This document shows positions 34,592 to 44,348 of a DNA stretch of 64,000 nucleotides, in pieces. The first letter of the stretch is position 1. Each line of letters begins with the position of its first letter. The translations under genes and the position numbers were made by a program. Origin of the DNA: a virus (Duplodnaviria > Caudoviricetes). The notes under the pieces were generated by a model. That model searched no databases. It was not told where the DNA came from and was given only the letters and a program-made list of their open reading frames with translations. Location of the stretch: the IMG/VR virus record IMGVR_UViG_2563366756_000009, positions 23,904-87,903 of that record; one strand, written 5' to 3'.

Positions 34592-34906
34592 ATGGACATC
34601 AATACCTATCTTCACGAGAACCGGCTGACGCAGACTTGGCTGGCGGGAAAACTTGGCGTAACGCCCGGGGCAGTGTGGCAATGGATTCGCTCTGGCCGAT
34701 TTCCGCCTGAGCACTGCCCGACGATTGAGCGCCTCACTGACGGCAGCGTCAGATGTGAGGATCTGAACGATCGTGTGGATTGGGCATACATCCGATCCCA
34801 CCCGGAAGCCGAGGATCCACCCCGAAGCCCTCGAAGTCGCCCTCCCGCCCAAAGAGGCGGTGAGGGCGCAACGGCTGACGGGGACACTGCGGGGGCGATC
34901 GCATGA
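34592..34906 (+). CDS. cro: Cro-like (YdaS family) regulator
   Basis: TQTWLAGKLGVTPGAVWQW..PPEHCPTIERLTDGSVRCEDL. Confidence 0.88.
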   Translation: MDINTYLHENRLTQTWLAGKLGVTPGAVWQWIRSGRFPPEHCPTIERLTDGSVRCEDLNDRVDWAYIRSHPEAEDPPRSPRSRPPAQRGGEGATADGDTAGAIA

Positions 34907-35057
34907 CGAAGATCACCCCGATTCGCCGCCGCTTCGGTTTGCTCGGTGCCGTCGCCTCGCTTTTTAGCGCGTGGCGGCTGCATCGCGCTGATCGGAAGCT
35001 GGCCAGTCCCTATTACGACCCGAAACAGTTCCGGGGGCGTCGATGATGCGATTTCAG

Positions 35058-35567
35058 CTAGTACAGCCTCGGCATCTTGATCTGGTACGTCTTTCCGGTG
35101 AGGAAGTTCGCTTTGCATGCGTTGCAGTGAAGAAAAATCTTCCCATTCCCTTTGTGCGTCTGGAGTACTTCCTTCTTCGACGCGTTGTCCATGCAGGACT
35201 GGCAAAGGTAGTGCGCGGGATCGGTTATTTCATCCGGCGTACTTCCGCCGTTGTAGGCGAGGACGAAAACACCTTCCGACAGTTCATGAAGGCGGTACTT
35301 CGCTCGCTCCGACTGCCCTTGTTCAAGCTCAGCGACGCGTGCACTGATCTTTCGCTTGTCGTCTTTGAGCGCATCAATCTCGTCGCGTGCCGCCGACAGC
35401 TTCTCTTGCAATTGAAGCGCGGCGTTTGTGACATCGAAGATCCGTTCATCCAGTACTTGCTTCGCCTCGGCGAGCTTCGATTGATCCCGTGCTGCGACGG
35501 CTGTCTTCGTCAACTCGAATGCACTTTTCAGGCCACTCAATGCGGCACTGATGGATGCAATGTCCAT
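35058..35567 (-). CDS. Counter-oriented coiled-coil plus Zn-ribbon protein
   Basis: MDIASISAALSGLKSA, heptads, YLCQSC..CNAC. Confidence 0.75.
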   Translation of the reverse strand: MDIASISAALSGLKSAFELTKTAVAARDQSKLAEAKQVLDERIFDVTNAALQLQEKLSAARDEIDALKDDKRKISARVAELEQGQSERAKYRLHELSEGVFVLAYNGGSTPDEITDPAHYLCQSCMDNASKKEVLQTHKGNGKIFLHCNACKANFLTGKTYQIKMPRLY

Positions 35568-35721
35568 GGGGTTTCCCCTTGTTTTGGTTTCAACGGTGTA
35601 GGAACCAACGATTCTAAGGCAGGTGGGAATCCTCACCATTTCAATCCGGCGCAATCGCGCCGCCTCGTTTGCTTTGTTGGAACCAATCGTATGGATCACG
35701 AACCGCACGTGGGAGCAACAC

Positions 35722-36036
35722 ATGAAGGTTGCTGAGAGAAACGAAAATGTGGTAGTGGGCCTGATCGCGAAACGGACTCAGATAGCCGTCGCGAACGCTC
35801 TCGGCATTGACCGAACGAACTTCAATCGCTTCCACAACAGCCGCGGTCACGGGCTGTCCCTCAAGAAGTTCTGCGAAATGCTTGAGCTGCTCGGGTTGGA
35901 TCTGTCTCGGCTCGACGGTGCGCCGGAAATCCCAGAAGACGTCGACACGGTCACGATGCCCCGCGCTGAGTACGAGGCCATGCTCGAGCGACAGGACGCG
36001 ATGCGCACGCTTCTCAAGCACTCCCTGGGGGACTGA
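35722..36036 (+). CDS. CII-like regulator
   Basis: HTH TQIAVANALGIDRTNFNR, position between cro and replication genes. Confidence 0.65.
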   Translation: MKVAERNENVVVGLIAKRTQIAVANALGIDRTNFNRFHNSRGHGLSLKKFCEMLELLGLDLSRLDGAPEIPEDVDTVTMPRAEYEAMLERQDAMRTLLKHSLGD

Positions 36037-36038
36037 CC

Positions 36039-36620
36039 ATGTCAGGGAACAAGCGCATGCCATGGTCGCCGGAAGACAGCGCTCGGCTGACGGATCTGTG
36101 GGACTCGGCGCTCCCCATCAAATGCATCGCCGAACATTTCCCCGGGCGCACGACAAACGCGGTGCGCAAACACGGCCGCTACGGTTTGGGGTTGCCAGAT
36201 CGCAATGGGAAGCGGGGGCGGGCTACATCGATCGCCTGGGGCGCGATTCAGCGAGAGCTGCGGAAGGTGCCGATGGGCGATTCGAAGTATCTCGCGATGG
36301 TCACAGGCTACTCGCGGCGCCAGATCCTGCTGCTTCTGAGCGAGCACCACGAAGCAGGCGACTTGCATATCGCAGGCTGGGTACGTTACGCGCCGGCTGG
36401 CGCTTGGGCGGCACGCTTTTCTCTCGGGAACGGCGTCGACGCTCAGAAGCCAGAGCCGCTGACGCGCAAAGAGATCGACCGACGTCGCACTCTCAGACTG
36501 AGCAAGGATGCCGAATATCAGGCCGCCCGCTGCGCGCGTGCGCGCGTCCGCTATGCGATCAAGACAGGCAGTCTCGTTCGACGAGACCCCTTGATCGCGG
36601 CTCTTTACGGTACCGCGTAG
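36039..36620 (+). CDS. Phage hypothetical protein, possible DNA binding
   Basis: 193 aa, WSPEDSARL..FPGRTTNAVRKH Myb/HTH-like start. Confidence 0.6.
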   Translation: MSGNKRMPWSPEDSARLTDLWDSALPIKCIAEHFPGRTTNAVRKHGRYGLGLPDRNGKRGRATSIAWGAIQRELRKVPMGDSKYLAMVTGYSRRQILLLLSEHHEAGDLHIAGWVRYAPAGAWAARFSLGNGVDAQKPEPLTRKEIDRRRTLRLSKDAEYQAARCARARVRYAIKTGSLVRRDPLIAALYGTA

Positions 36621-36631
36621 GCGGGGAATCA

Positions 36632-37594
36632 ATGGCACGAATTCGTTCAGTCAAACCCGAGTTTTGGACGTCCGAGCAAGTGATGGACGTCTCTCGTGAC
36701 GCTCGTATCCTTTTCATCGGGATGTGGAATTTCTGCGATGACGCTGGGATTCACTCGGCCAACGAGAAGCGGTTGAAGGCTGAGGTGTTCCCGGCCGACG
36801 ACCTGACTTCGGCGGATGTTCGGCGAATGGTCGACGAACTGCTTCGCGTCGGATTGCTCGACGAGTATGAAGTCGCCGGACAGCGCTTCTGGATCGTTAC
36901 CGGCTGGCATCACCAGAAGATCGATCAGCCGACGTTCAAGCATCCTCGCCCGGACGGCACTGTTCCGTCCGGTGCGCCGAAGCGCCGTCAAACCCGCATG
37001 AAATCGAAAGATTCGGCGAGTGATCGCCAATCGGACGGCGAACATTCGTCTAATGATCGCGGAATGTTCGGCGAACACTCGTCGAACGAACGGGGAGCGG
37101 ACGGTGAACGTTCACCCCCGGAGAGGAGTGGAGTGGAAGGGAGTGGAGTATCAAAAGGTAGTGGTACTTCAATCGTCGTAGGCGACGACGATGAAAATCG
37201 CAGCCTTTCCGATGCTAGCGACTTCACGGACCCCCGCGTGCCGGCCAACCCCGCCGAGTGGGCCACGTACTTCGGCGACGAGCACGGCATCGATATCGAC
37301 CCAACGAGCATCCACGAGCGCAAGCGATTCGTGCCTCTCGCGACGGCATGGTGCAACGCCCGGGTGTCGGTCGGGCGCATGCGCAAGGCTATCGAGAAGG
37401 CTCAGGACGAAGCCACCGAGCCAATCGTGTTTCTCCCGGCCTACGTCGACCGTGTGCTGGCGAACCAGGCCGCGCCGCGCGCGTCGCCGCGACAGGCCGA
37501 GAACGCAGCAATCCTCGCCGGCCTCGCCGGTAACCCAATCGGACACGACTATGACCACGACACCATCGACGTTGAAGCGCGGCACGTCAGTTGA
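36632..37594 (+). CDS. Replication initiator (O-like)
   Basis: MARIRSVKPEFW..ARILFIGMWNFCDDAG N-terminus; internal iteron-like repeats. Confidence 0.85.
   Translation: MARIRSVKPEFWTSEQVMDVSRDARILFIGMWNFCDDAGIHSANEKRLKAEVFPADDLTSADVRRMVDELLRVGLLDEYEVAGQRFWIVTGWHHQKIDQPTFKHPRPDGTVPSGAPKRRQTRMKSKDSASDRQSDGEHSSNDRGMFGEHSSNERGADGERSPPERSGVEGSGVSKGSGTSIVVGDDDENRSLSDASDFTDPRVPANPAEWATYFGDEHGIDIDPTSIHERKRFVPLATAWCNARVSVGRMRKAIEKAQDEATEPIVFLPAYVDRVLANQAAPRASPRQAENAAILAGLAGNPIGHDYDHDTIDVEARHVS
37037..37115 (+). repeat. Candidate origin iterons inside initiator gene
   Basis: GGCGAACATTCGTC (37037) and GGCGAACACTCGTC (37070) plus a degenerate third copy. Confidence 0.5.
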
Positions 37595-38321
37595 CTGGCC
37601 GCAAGACGCGGCACCGCAGCGGCTTATCGAGCGCCTGTTCACCGTGCTTGGCCAGCGCTACGGCGCCCGGCTGGCGGACATGTGGCGCGGCGGGGATCCG
37701 TCGAAGCCCGAGACAGTGCGGCAACACCTCGAAGGCGTGAAGCGGCAGTGGGCGCTCGATCTTGCCGATCTGACCGCAGCCGAGTGGCAGCGCGGCATCG
37801 CCGCATTGCGCGATCGCCCTTACGTGCCGACCTGCCCGGAATTCCGGCTGCTCTGCCGCCCGCGTCAGCACGTCAACGAACTGCTCGAGTACGCCGTCGC
37901 GCAGTTGCATCGACGGGACACCGACGGCAGCGACGTCTGGCCCGATCCGGCACTGTTCTGGGCGGCCAAGCGCGTCGGCGGGTACGAGATGCGCACGCTT
38001 GGTCGGGACGTCCTCGTGAAGCGATTCGCCGCAGCACTCGATGCGGTGCGTGACGAGGGAAACCTGCAGCCCGTTCCGGCCGCCATGGCCGCCTTGCCTG
38101 CACCCGGCAAAGCCACGACGGACAAGGCGACAGGCCGTGCGCACCTCGCCGCGATTCTGGCAGGACGCCCGGGCCGCTCGGAACGCTCGCTCTCGCGTAC
38201 GCGCGAGGCGTTGCTCCCGATTGCAGATCGCCCCGACGCCGTGGCGAAGTTGCTCCCGGACTCGGTCCTCGCGTACGCGCGAGAGGCAGAGAAGGGCGCG
38301 GCACGAGCCCCGCAGGCGTGA
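37551..38321 (+). CDS. Replication protein P-like helicase loader
   Basis: IERLF..YG..W..L..WQRGI..PTCPEFRLLCRP; follows initiator. Confidence 0.7.
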   Translation: MTTTPSTLKRGTSVDWPQDAAPQRLIERLFTVLGQRYGARLADMWRGGDPSKPETVRQHLEGVKRQWALDLADLTAAEWQRGIAALRDRPYVPTCPEFRLLCRPRQHVNELLEYAVAQLHRRDTDGSDVWPDPALFWAAKRVGGYEMRTLGRDVLVKRFAAALDAVRDEGNLQPVPAAMAALPAPGKATTDKATGRAHLAAILAGRPGRSERSLSRTREALLPIADRPDAVAKLLPDSVLAYAREAEKGAARAPQA

Positions 38322-38324
38322 CGC

Positions 38325-38528
38325 ATGGATCTGTGCCCACTCTGCCAGGCAAACGCCGGTCGGCTCGACTTCACGAAGCCGTGCTGTCGGGTTCGTCACC
38401 TGATGGCGTTGCCCAAGGTCGAGATGCGGCGGGCGACCCTCGACCGGTGGCGCAGGCAGTTGGGCGATACCGCAGTGAATCGGATTGAGAACGAAGTGAA
38501 GGCCCGGTGGGCAGCGAGGAAAGCATGA
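38325..38528 (+). CDS. Small Cys-rich phage protein
   Basis: CPLC..PCCRVR. Confidence 0.6.
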   Translation: MDLCPLCQANAGRLDFTKPCCRVRHLMALPKVEMRRATLDRWRRQLGDTAVNRIENEVKARWAARKA

Positions 38529-38899
38529 GTACGTTCAATTTCAGAAGTTCGGCGAAGACGCGCATGCAGGCGCTCGGTCGCTTGAAAGCAGGGCAGCGGA
38601 ACAAGACGGAGACGGCCTACGAGGCGTTGCTTGAAGCCCGTCGACAGGCTGGAACCGTCGCCTGGTACAAGTTCGAAGGCCTGAAACTGCGACTGGCCGA
38701 CAACACGTTTTATTCGCCGGATTTCTTCGTGATGCTCGCAGACGGAACGCTCGAGGCTCACGAGGTGAAAGGGCATTGGCAGGATGATGCGCGGGTCAAG
38801 ATCAAGGTTGCGGCTGAACTGTACCCATTCAGATTCATCGCCGTGCGCCCCAAGCCGAAGCGAGAAGGCGGCGGCTGGCAGCAAGAGATTTTTGAGTAA
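38525..38899 (+). CDS. DUF1064-like PD-(D/E)xK endonuclease
   Basis: NKTE..YKFEGLKLRLADNTFYSPDF..HEVKG. Confidence 0.8.
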   Translation: MSTFNFRSSAKTRMQALGRLKAGQRNKTETAYEALLEARRQAGTVAWYKFEGLKLRLADNTFYSPDFFVMLADGTLEAHEVKGHWQDDARVKIKVAAELYPFRFIAVRPKPKREGGGWQQEIFE

Positions 38900-38930
38900 T
38901 GGATTGGCACTTTTGACGGGGATCAGGCCA

Positions 38931-39557
38931 ATGAACGAAGCATTTCAAGACACTCGACAGGCGCTCCACGTGGCGTACCTCGTTCTGTCGCTGCCGCCTC
39001 GGCAGAAGGCACCGTTTCGCAACATGCTGATTCGGATCATCGAGTCGATTGACAAGCCGACGAAGGCGCAGGAAGCATGGCTGAACGAGTTGCGCGGGCC
39101 GCAGGGCGAGTTTGACTCCGAGCGGCTGACGCTCGAGGAATTCCGCGCGCAGTGCGCCATGATCACGGACGCGGCGCGCACACGGCTGCCGTCACCAGAG
39201 TATGCGGCGGTGCTCGCGCGCTTCGCGCATGGAGACGAGAAGGTGGCGGGCATCAATACGTTGGCCGTCTGGTCGCGCAAGTCGAGCGGCATCACGGCCG
39301 TGGCGCTGCTGCGCGACCTGACCGCGTGGAACTACCTGCCGCGTACGAAGCGGGAAGGAGTGTCGATCCGGGATCTGGCCGAGCGCCACAAGATAGCAAA
39401 GAGCACGGCGTTTCGCGCGGCCAAGTGGATGGCGGCACGCTTCACGGAACTGGAAAATCTGGCAGTGGCGAGGCTCGAAGCGGGCTTCGTCTCGCATGGC
39501 GTCGTCCCATCTTCAACCCATCCCGCGTGCGATTATGCGCAGCCCGTTGCAGCGTAA
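38931..39557 (+). CDS. Putative late-gene regulator (Q-like)
   Basis: Last early-right gene, C-terminal HTH (SIRDLAERHKIAKSTAFR), followed by terminator. Confidence 0.55.
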   Translation: MNEAFQDTRQALHVAYLVLSLPPRQKAPFRNMLIRIIESIDKPTKAQEAWLNELRGPQGEFDSERLTLEEFRAQCAMITDAARTRLPSPEYAAVLARFAHGDEKVAGINTLAVWSRKSSGITAVALLRDLTAWNYLPRTKREGVSIRDLAERHKIAKSTAFRAAKWMAARFTELENLAVARLEAGFVSHGVVPSSTHPACDYAQPVAA

Positions 39558-39634
39558 GGACTTCGAAGGAAAAAGCTCTTGCAGTTTTGGGACAAAGCAC
39601 CTAAGATTTCGCCATACTCAGCAAAAGTACGTTC

Positions 39635-39660
39635 AAAGCCCGCCTAGTGCGGGCTTTTTT
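39635..39660 (+). terminator. Terminator after putative late promoter
   Basis: AAAGCCCGC-CTAGT-GCGGGCTTT plus T run. Confidence 0.75.
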
Positions 39661-39911
39661 CATTGTTTCGGCGCTATTGCAGATCCGATCGCCGAATCGA
39701 TGAGTGCGCGTGTTTTCTCGAAGGCCTCGATTTGTGTGTCGGACCAACCGGCACCGAGCGATGTTGAGAGCAGCGTTTCCATCCAGTGATTCATGGCCCG
39801 CTCGAGTTGTGGGGTTCGCTCCACAGTACTCAGAAGTGCAATCATCGCAGCGAGAATGGCATGCGTATTCCCCGCAGTCGTCATTGTGGCTTCGACCAGT
39901 GACTTTTCCAT
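39660..39911 (-). CDS. Small hypothetical moron protein
   Basis: 83 aa downstream of hicB. Confidence 0.45.
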   Translation of the reverse strand: MEKSLVEATMTTAGNTHAILAAMIALLSTVERTPQLERAMNHWMETLLSTSLGAGWSDTQIEAFEKTRALIDSAIGSAIAPKQ

Positions 39912-39933
39912 TGTGGATCCCTAGGCTGATGAA

Positions 39934-40329
39934 TTAAGCGTGTTCCATCTCGCGCTGTGCCGCGAGTGCCAGAAACGCCGAGCGCGACATATGGCGCTTC
40001 TCGGCCACCGCATCGATCTGGTGAACTAGCCTCTCTGGCAGGCTGATGTTCAGCCGAATAGCCTTGCTGCTGACCTTCGACAGATCGATGTCAACGAACA
40101 TCCAGCAGCCGGTACCGTCATCCACCTCGTGCGCATGCAGTTTGTGGATGTCGTAGGTCGGTGCCGGGATAGCATCGGCGCTGTCTTCGTACATGAGTTC
40201 GACGGCTTCCTGCGCCATACGCTCGAGTTCGTCGAGTGTATCGGCGGCCGTGTGTACGCCCGGAAGATCCGGAAAGGCGGCACCGAAGGCGCTTTCGCCT
40301 TCCTGCCACACGTAGATCGGATATTTCAT
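39934..40329 (-). CDS. hicB: HicB antitoxin
   Basis: YPIYV..FGAAFPDLPG..C-terminal RHH RLNISLPERLVHQID..SRSAFL. Confidence 0.92.
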   Translation of the reverse strand: MKYPIYVWQEGESAFGAAFPDLPGVHTAADTLDELERMAQEAVELMYEDSADAIPAPTYDIHKLHAHEVDDGTGCWMFVDIDLSKVSSKAIRLNISLPERLVHQIDAVAEKRHMSRSAFLALAAQREMEHA

Positions 40330-40517
40330 TCGCTTCTCCAGTCAATGCCCGCTTGCTTGAAGATTGAGCGGGCGGTGCCAATCGGCATGTCCTTTTTCGG
40401 GTGCGGGACGATCACCACTCGACCGTTCTCATGCCGAAACTTGTGATGGCTGCCGCGCACCGACACTTCGGTGAATCCGGCGGCTTTCAGTCGTTTGATG
40501 ATGTCTGCGCTTGTCAT
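40326..40517 (-). CDS. hicA: HicA toxin (mRNA interferase)
   Basis: RGSHHKFRH..VIVPHPKKDMPIGTARSIFKQAG. Confidence 0.93.
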   Translation of the reverse strand: MTSADIIKRLKAAGFTEVSVRGSHHKFRHENGRVVIVPHPKKDMPIGTARSIFKQAGIDWRSE

Positions 40518-40535
40518 GTGTGTAACTTTACGCAA

Positions 40536-40551
40536 TACACAACGTTGTGTA
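40536..40551. promoter_or_regulatory. Candidate HicB operator
   Basis: Perfect palindrome TACACAACGTTGTGTA about 20 bp upstream of hicA. Confidence 0.6.
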
Positions 40552-40766
40552 AAGAAATTATGCGCAGCGTGACGCGTATCGGTTGATTCGCCCGGCAGGG
40601 CAAAGACCATAACGCCGCGTCGCTGCCCGGGCCAGCCGGCCAGTGTCCGATCCTTCTCAGAAATAACCCCGGCAGCGCGCCACATGTCGCCACCCGTACC
40701 TCCTGCGGGGAAACGAGCGGTGGGGGCGCGTGCAGCAAAAAAGCCCGCTTTCGCGGGCCTCGATTT

Positions 40767-40955
40767 TTACTTGCCTTCGAGCTTATCGGCGAGAGTTTGA
40801 ATCAGCGTCGCCAAGTACACCGCATCCTGCTTCCCCGCATCGGCTACAGTCGCTGCAGAGTTAAAGCCGCCAAGAGGTATCGACTTGCTCTCCAACGCGA
40901 TCTTAACGAGTGCGAGAGCGTTGGAGCGAGCATCGATTTGGTCGTAGTTCAGCAT
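40767..40955 (-). CDS. Small hypothetical moron protein
   Basis: GGAG RBS, own downstream hairpin and A run at 40735-40760. Confidence 0.55.
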   Translation of the reverse strand: MLNYDQIDARSNALALVKIALESKSIPLGGFNSAATVADAGKQDAVYLATLIQTLADKLEGK

Positions 40956-41041
40956 CTTGTGTTTCTCCGTAGTGTGGAGTGCTAAGTTTGCCATATCCCC
41001 CCGCGCGGCTCCGCGACTCCGCGCCAGATTCCCTGTCGTCT

Positions 41042-42415
41042 ATGAAAAGGCCCGGCCAACTCTCGATCGTCTACCGATCGACCGATGAGCTGGCCGCTTA
41101 CGAGAACAATGCGCGCACTCACAGCGCAGCGCAGATCGAGCAGATCCGCGAATCGCTGCGACAGTTCGGCTGGACCAATCCGGTTCTCATCGCAGACGGC
41201 GGGATTGTCGCCGGGCATGGCCGCATTGAGGCGGCGATCGGGATGTGGGAATCGGGCGAGAACGTCGCCATGTGCCCCAAGCCGTTCGAGGTGCCGACGG
41301 TCGACCTGTCGCACCTGGACGCCACCCAGCGACGTGCCTACATCCTCACGGATAACCAACTTGCGTTGAACGCGGGATGGGACGAAGACTTGTTGGCGGC
41401 TGAACTGGCCGAGCTGAAGGAAGACGGCTTTGACCTATCTGTGATCGGCTTCAGCGACGCTGAGCTGCGCGACCTGCTAGCAGAGCCGGGTGAACCCGGG
41501 CCGGACGGCGCTGGCTCGTTGGCTGAGCGTTTCATGGTGCCGCCGTTCAGTACGCTCGACGCACGCGCGACGGCGTGGCAAGACCGGAAGGACGCCTGGC
41601 TGGCGCTGGGCATCGAATCGGAAGTAGGGCGCGACGCACCGTCGTACGGAAACGCCAGTGAGACGCAGAAGGCTGCCCGCGGTGCCACGGCGCAGCACCG
41701 CACCAGCGTGTTCGACCCGGTGCTGTGTGAATTGGCGTATCGCTGGTTTTGCCCTGATGGCGGGACGGTGATTGACCCCTTCGCCGGCGGTAGCGTGCGC
41801 GGCATCGTTGCGGCGCGCCTCGGCCGCCAGTATGTCGGCATGGAACTGCGCGACGAGCAGGTGGCCGCCAACCGCGAGCAGCTTCACCTGATTGCGCCGG
41901 ACGATCCGGCACCAGCGTGGCAGGTGGGCGACAGTCGCCACATCGGCAAAGCCCTGAAGGGCATCGCGGCGGACTTCCTGTTCTCGTGCCCGCCGTATGC
42001 GGACCTCGAACGCTATTCGGACACGCCGGAAGACCTGTCCACGATGAAGTACCCCGAATTCCTTGCTGCATATCGCGACGTCATCGCGGGCGCGGCGGCG
42101 CTGCTGAAGCCTGACCGCTTCGCCTGCTTTGTCGTGGGCGACGTTCGGGCGCGCAGCGGCGCGTATCGCAATTTCGTGTCCGACACTATCACCGCCTTCC
42201 TCGACGCCGGGCTGACGCTCTACAACGAGGCGATCTTGCTGACGGCATTGGGCAGCGCGCCCATCCGCGCAGGCAAGCAGTTCGCCGCCAGCCGCAAGCT
42301 CGGGAAGGTGCACCAGAACGTGCTGGTGTTCGTGAAGGGCGACTGGAAAAAGGCCGTCGCGGCGTGCGGCGATGTGGACATGACAGATGTTCAATTTCCC
42401 GATCCGGATGAGTAA
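41042..42415 (+). CDS. ParB-like domain fused to amino (N4/N6) DNA methyltransferase
   Basis: YENNARTH..FGWTNPVLI..AGHGR; DPFAGGS; FSCPPY. Confidence 0.85.
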   Translation: MKRPGQLSIVYRSTDELAAYENNARTHSAAQIEQIRESLRQFGWTNPVLIADGGIVAGHGRIEAAIGMWESGENVAMCPKPFEVPTVDLSHLDATQRRAYILTDNQLALNAGWDEDLLAAELAELKEDGFDLSVIGFSDAELRDLLAEPGEPGPDGAGSLAERFMVPPFSTLDARATAWQDRKDAWLALGIESEVGRDAPSYGNASETQKAARGATAQHRTSVFDPVLCELAYRWFCPDGGTVIDPFAGGSVRGIVAARLGRQYVGMELRDEQVAANREQLHLIAPDDPAPAWQVGDSRHIGKALKGIAADFLFSCPPYADLERYSDTPEDLSTMKYPEFLAAYRDVIAGAAALLKPDRFACFVVGDVRARSGAYRNFVSDTITAFLDAGLTLYNEAILLTALGSAPIRAGKQFAASRKLGKVHQNVLVFVKGDWKKAVAACGDVDMTDVQFPDPDE

Positions 42416-42471
42416 CCAATCCAGTCGATTTCAGGGATTTGCGAAAACTCCCCCATGAATGAGGTCCGAGC

Positions 42472-43062
42472 ATGGCCCTGTGCGGAGCCAAAGGCCGCAA
42501 CGGTCAGCCGTGCAAACGACACGCCTCAGTGGGGGCGAAGCGTTGCAAATTGCACGGCGGGAACAACAAGCCGGCCGCCAAGGGGAACACCCATGCGGCG
42601 AAGCCCGGTTCGTTGTACAGCAAGTACCTGACGCCCGAAGAGCAGGCCGATTTCGACCGTATCGAACTGGGCCGCATCGACGATGAGTTGCGCCTGACGC
42701 GCATCCGTCTGGCCCGCGCGCTGGCGCAGGAACAAGAGAAGGGCAGCACGCTTGAGGTCGAGTCAGCCGTCAAACGGTCAGCCGTCAAACGAAAAGGCGG
42801 CGGCCCGCAGGTGGCGACTGCAGAGGTGCACACGAAGCGTCGCGACTACGTGGGCATCATCGACCGCCTGACAGCGCGCATCGCTTCCCTTGAAGCACAG
42901 CGTGCTGCGATGCTGAACATGTCGCTCGACGCTGAACTGAAGCGATTGGAACTGAAGGAACGCGGCGACGAACAGAACCCCGAGCCGCCCGCATCGCGCT
43001 CGTTCACCTTCGTGGTGAAGGACGCAAGGCGCCGCACCGATGACGCCGATGACGACGCCTAG
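42472..43062 (+). CDS. terS: Terminase small subunit
   Basis: CGAKGRNGQPC..RCKLHGG motif, directly before terL. Confidence 0.75.
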   Translation: MALCGAKGRNGQPCKRHASVGAKRCKLHGGNNKPAAKGNTHAAKPGSLYSKYLTPEEQADFDRIELGRIDDELRLTRIRLARALAQEQEKGSTLEVESAVKRSAVKRKGGGPQVATAEVHTKRRDYVGIIDRLTARIASLEAQRAAMLNMSLDAELKRLELKERGDEQNPEPPASRSFTFVVKDARRRTDDADDDA

Positions 43063-44335
43063 TCCAACCCTTAATGTTCCGCAGGCCCAGTTCCTGCAGA
43101 TGCCGCACAAGTTCCGGGCGTACGTCGCCGGGTTCGGTTCGGGCAAGACGTGGGTGGGCTGCACGAGCATCTGCCAGCACTTCTGGCAGTGGCCGCGCAT
43201 CAATCAGGGCTACTTTGCCCCGACGTACCCGCAGATTCGGGACATCTTCTATCCGACGATGGAAGAGGTGGCGGCTGTGATGGGCTTGGCCGTCAAGATC
43301 AACCAGACGAACCACGAGGTTCACGTCTACGAGGGACGGAAGTATCGCGGCACTGTCATCTGCCGCTCGATGGAAAAGCCGGAAACGATCGTTGGTTTCA
43401 AGATCGGGCACGCGTTGATCGACGAGCTGGACGTGATGCCGCTGAAGAAAGCACAGACGGCGTGGCGCAAGATCATTGCACGGATGCGCTACAACGTACC
43501 CGGGCTGCTGAACGGGATCGACGTCACCACGACGCCCGAGGGCTTCAAGTTCGTCTACCAGCAGTTCGTCAAAGCCGTGCGCGAGAAGCCCGCGCTGGCA
43601 GAGATGTACGGGCTTATCCAGGCCAGCACGTATGACAATGAGCTGAACCTGCCAGACGACTACATCCCGTCGTTATTCGAGTCCTACCCGGCTCAACTGA
43701 TTGCCGCCTACCTGCGCGGCCAGTTCGTGAACCTTGCCAGCGGTAGCATCTACGCCGATTTCGACCGGGTGAAGAACCACACGGACGCGGTGATCGCGCC
43801 GAAGGAAACGCTACACGTCGGGATGGACTTCAACGTGTTGAACATGACGGCTACGATCAACGTCGTGCGCGATGGACTTCCGATGACCCTGCTAGAACGC
43901 ACCAAGGTGCGCGACACGCCCGCGATGGCGCGCATCCTGAAAGAGGACTTCGCCGATCTTGGGCATGGCATCGTCATTTATCCGGACGCGTCAGGCGGCA
44001 ACACGTCAACCAAGAATGCCAGCGAGTCGGATCTGTCGATTCTCAAGCAAGCCGGCTTTAAGGTCGAAGTGAATTCGGCGAACCCGGCCGTAAAGGATCG
44101 GGTGAATGCCTACAACGCTCTGATCCTGAACGCAGCCGGTGAACGCCGCTTCCGAATCAATACTCATGCGTGCCCGGTGACCACCGAGGCGCTCGAGCAG
44201 CAGGTTTGGGGTGAGGACGGCCAGCCCGACAAGAAAACCGGCCACGACCACCCCAACGACGCGAACGGGTACTTCCTCGTGAAGAAGTGGCCCATCGTCA
44301 AGCGCACGGCCACGGTCAGCACGCTGGCCGCATAA
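43046..44335 (+). CDS. terL: Terminase large subunit
   Basis: Walker A AGFGSGKT, Walker B ALIDE, nuclease GMDFN and DHPNDA. Confidence 0.93.
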   Translation, partial: PMTTPSPTLNVPQAQFLQMPHKFRAYVAGFGSGKTWVGCTSICQHFWQWPRINQGYFAPTYPQIRDIFYPTMEEVAAVMGLAVKINQTNHEVHVYEGRKYRGTVICRSMEKPETIVGFKIGHALIDELDVMPLKKAQTAWRKIIARMRYNVPGLLNGIDVTTTPEGFKFVYQQFVKAVREKPALAEMYGLIQASTYDNELNLPDDYIPSLFESYPAQLIAAYLRGQFVNLASGSIYADFDRVKNHTDAVIAPKETLHVGMDFNVLNMTATINVVRDGLPMTLLERTKVRDTPAMARILKEDFADLGHGIVIYPDASGGNTSTKNASESDLSILKQAGFKVEVNSANPAVKDRVNAYNALILNAAGERRFRINTHACPVTTEALEQQVWGEDGQPDKKTGHDHPNDANGYFLVKKWPIVKRTATVSTLAA

Positions 44336-44348
44336 CGAGAATCCAGGC

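Noticed and set aside
35807-36631. 595-aa version of the replication initiator
   Set aside because: The upstream part overlaps two better-supported ORFs; the family-typical start MARIRSVKPEFW is at 36632.
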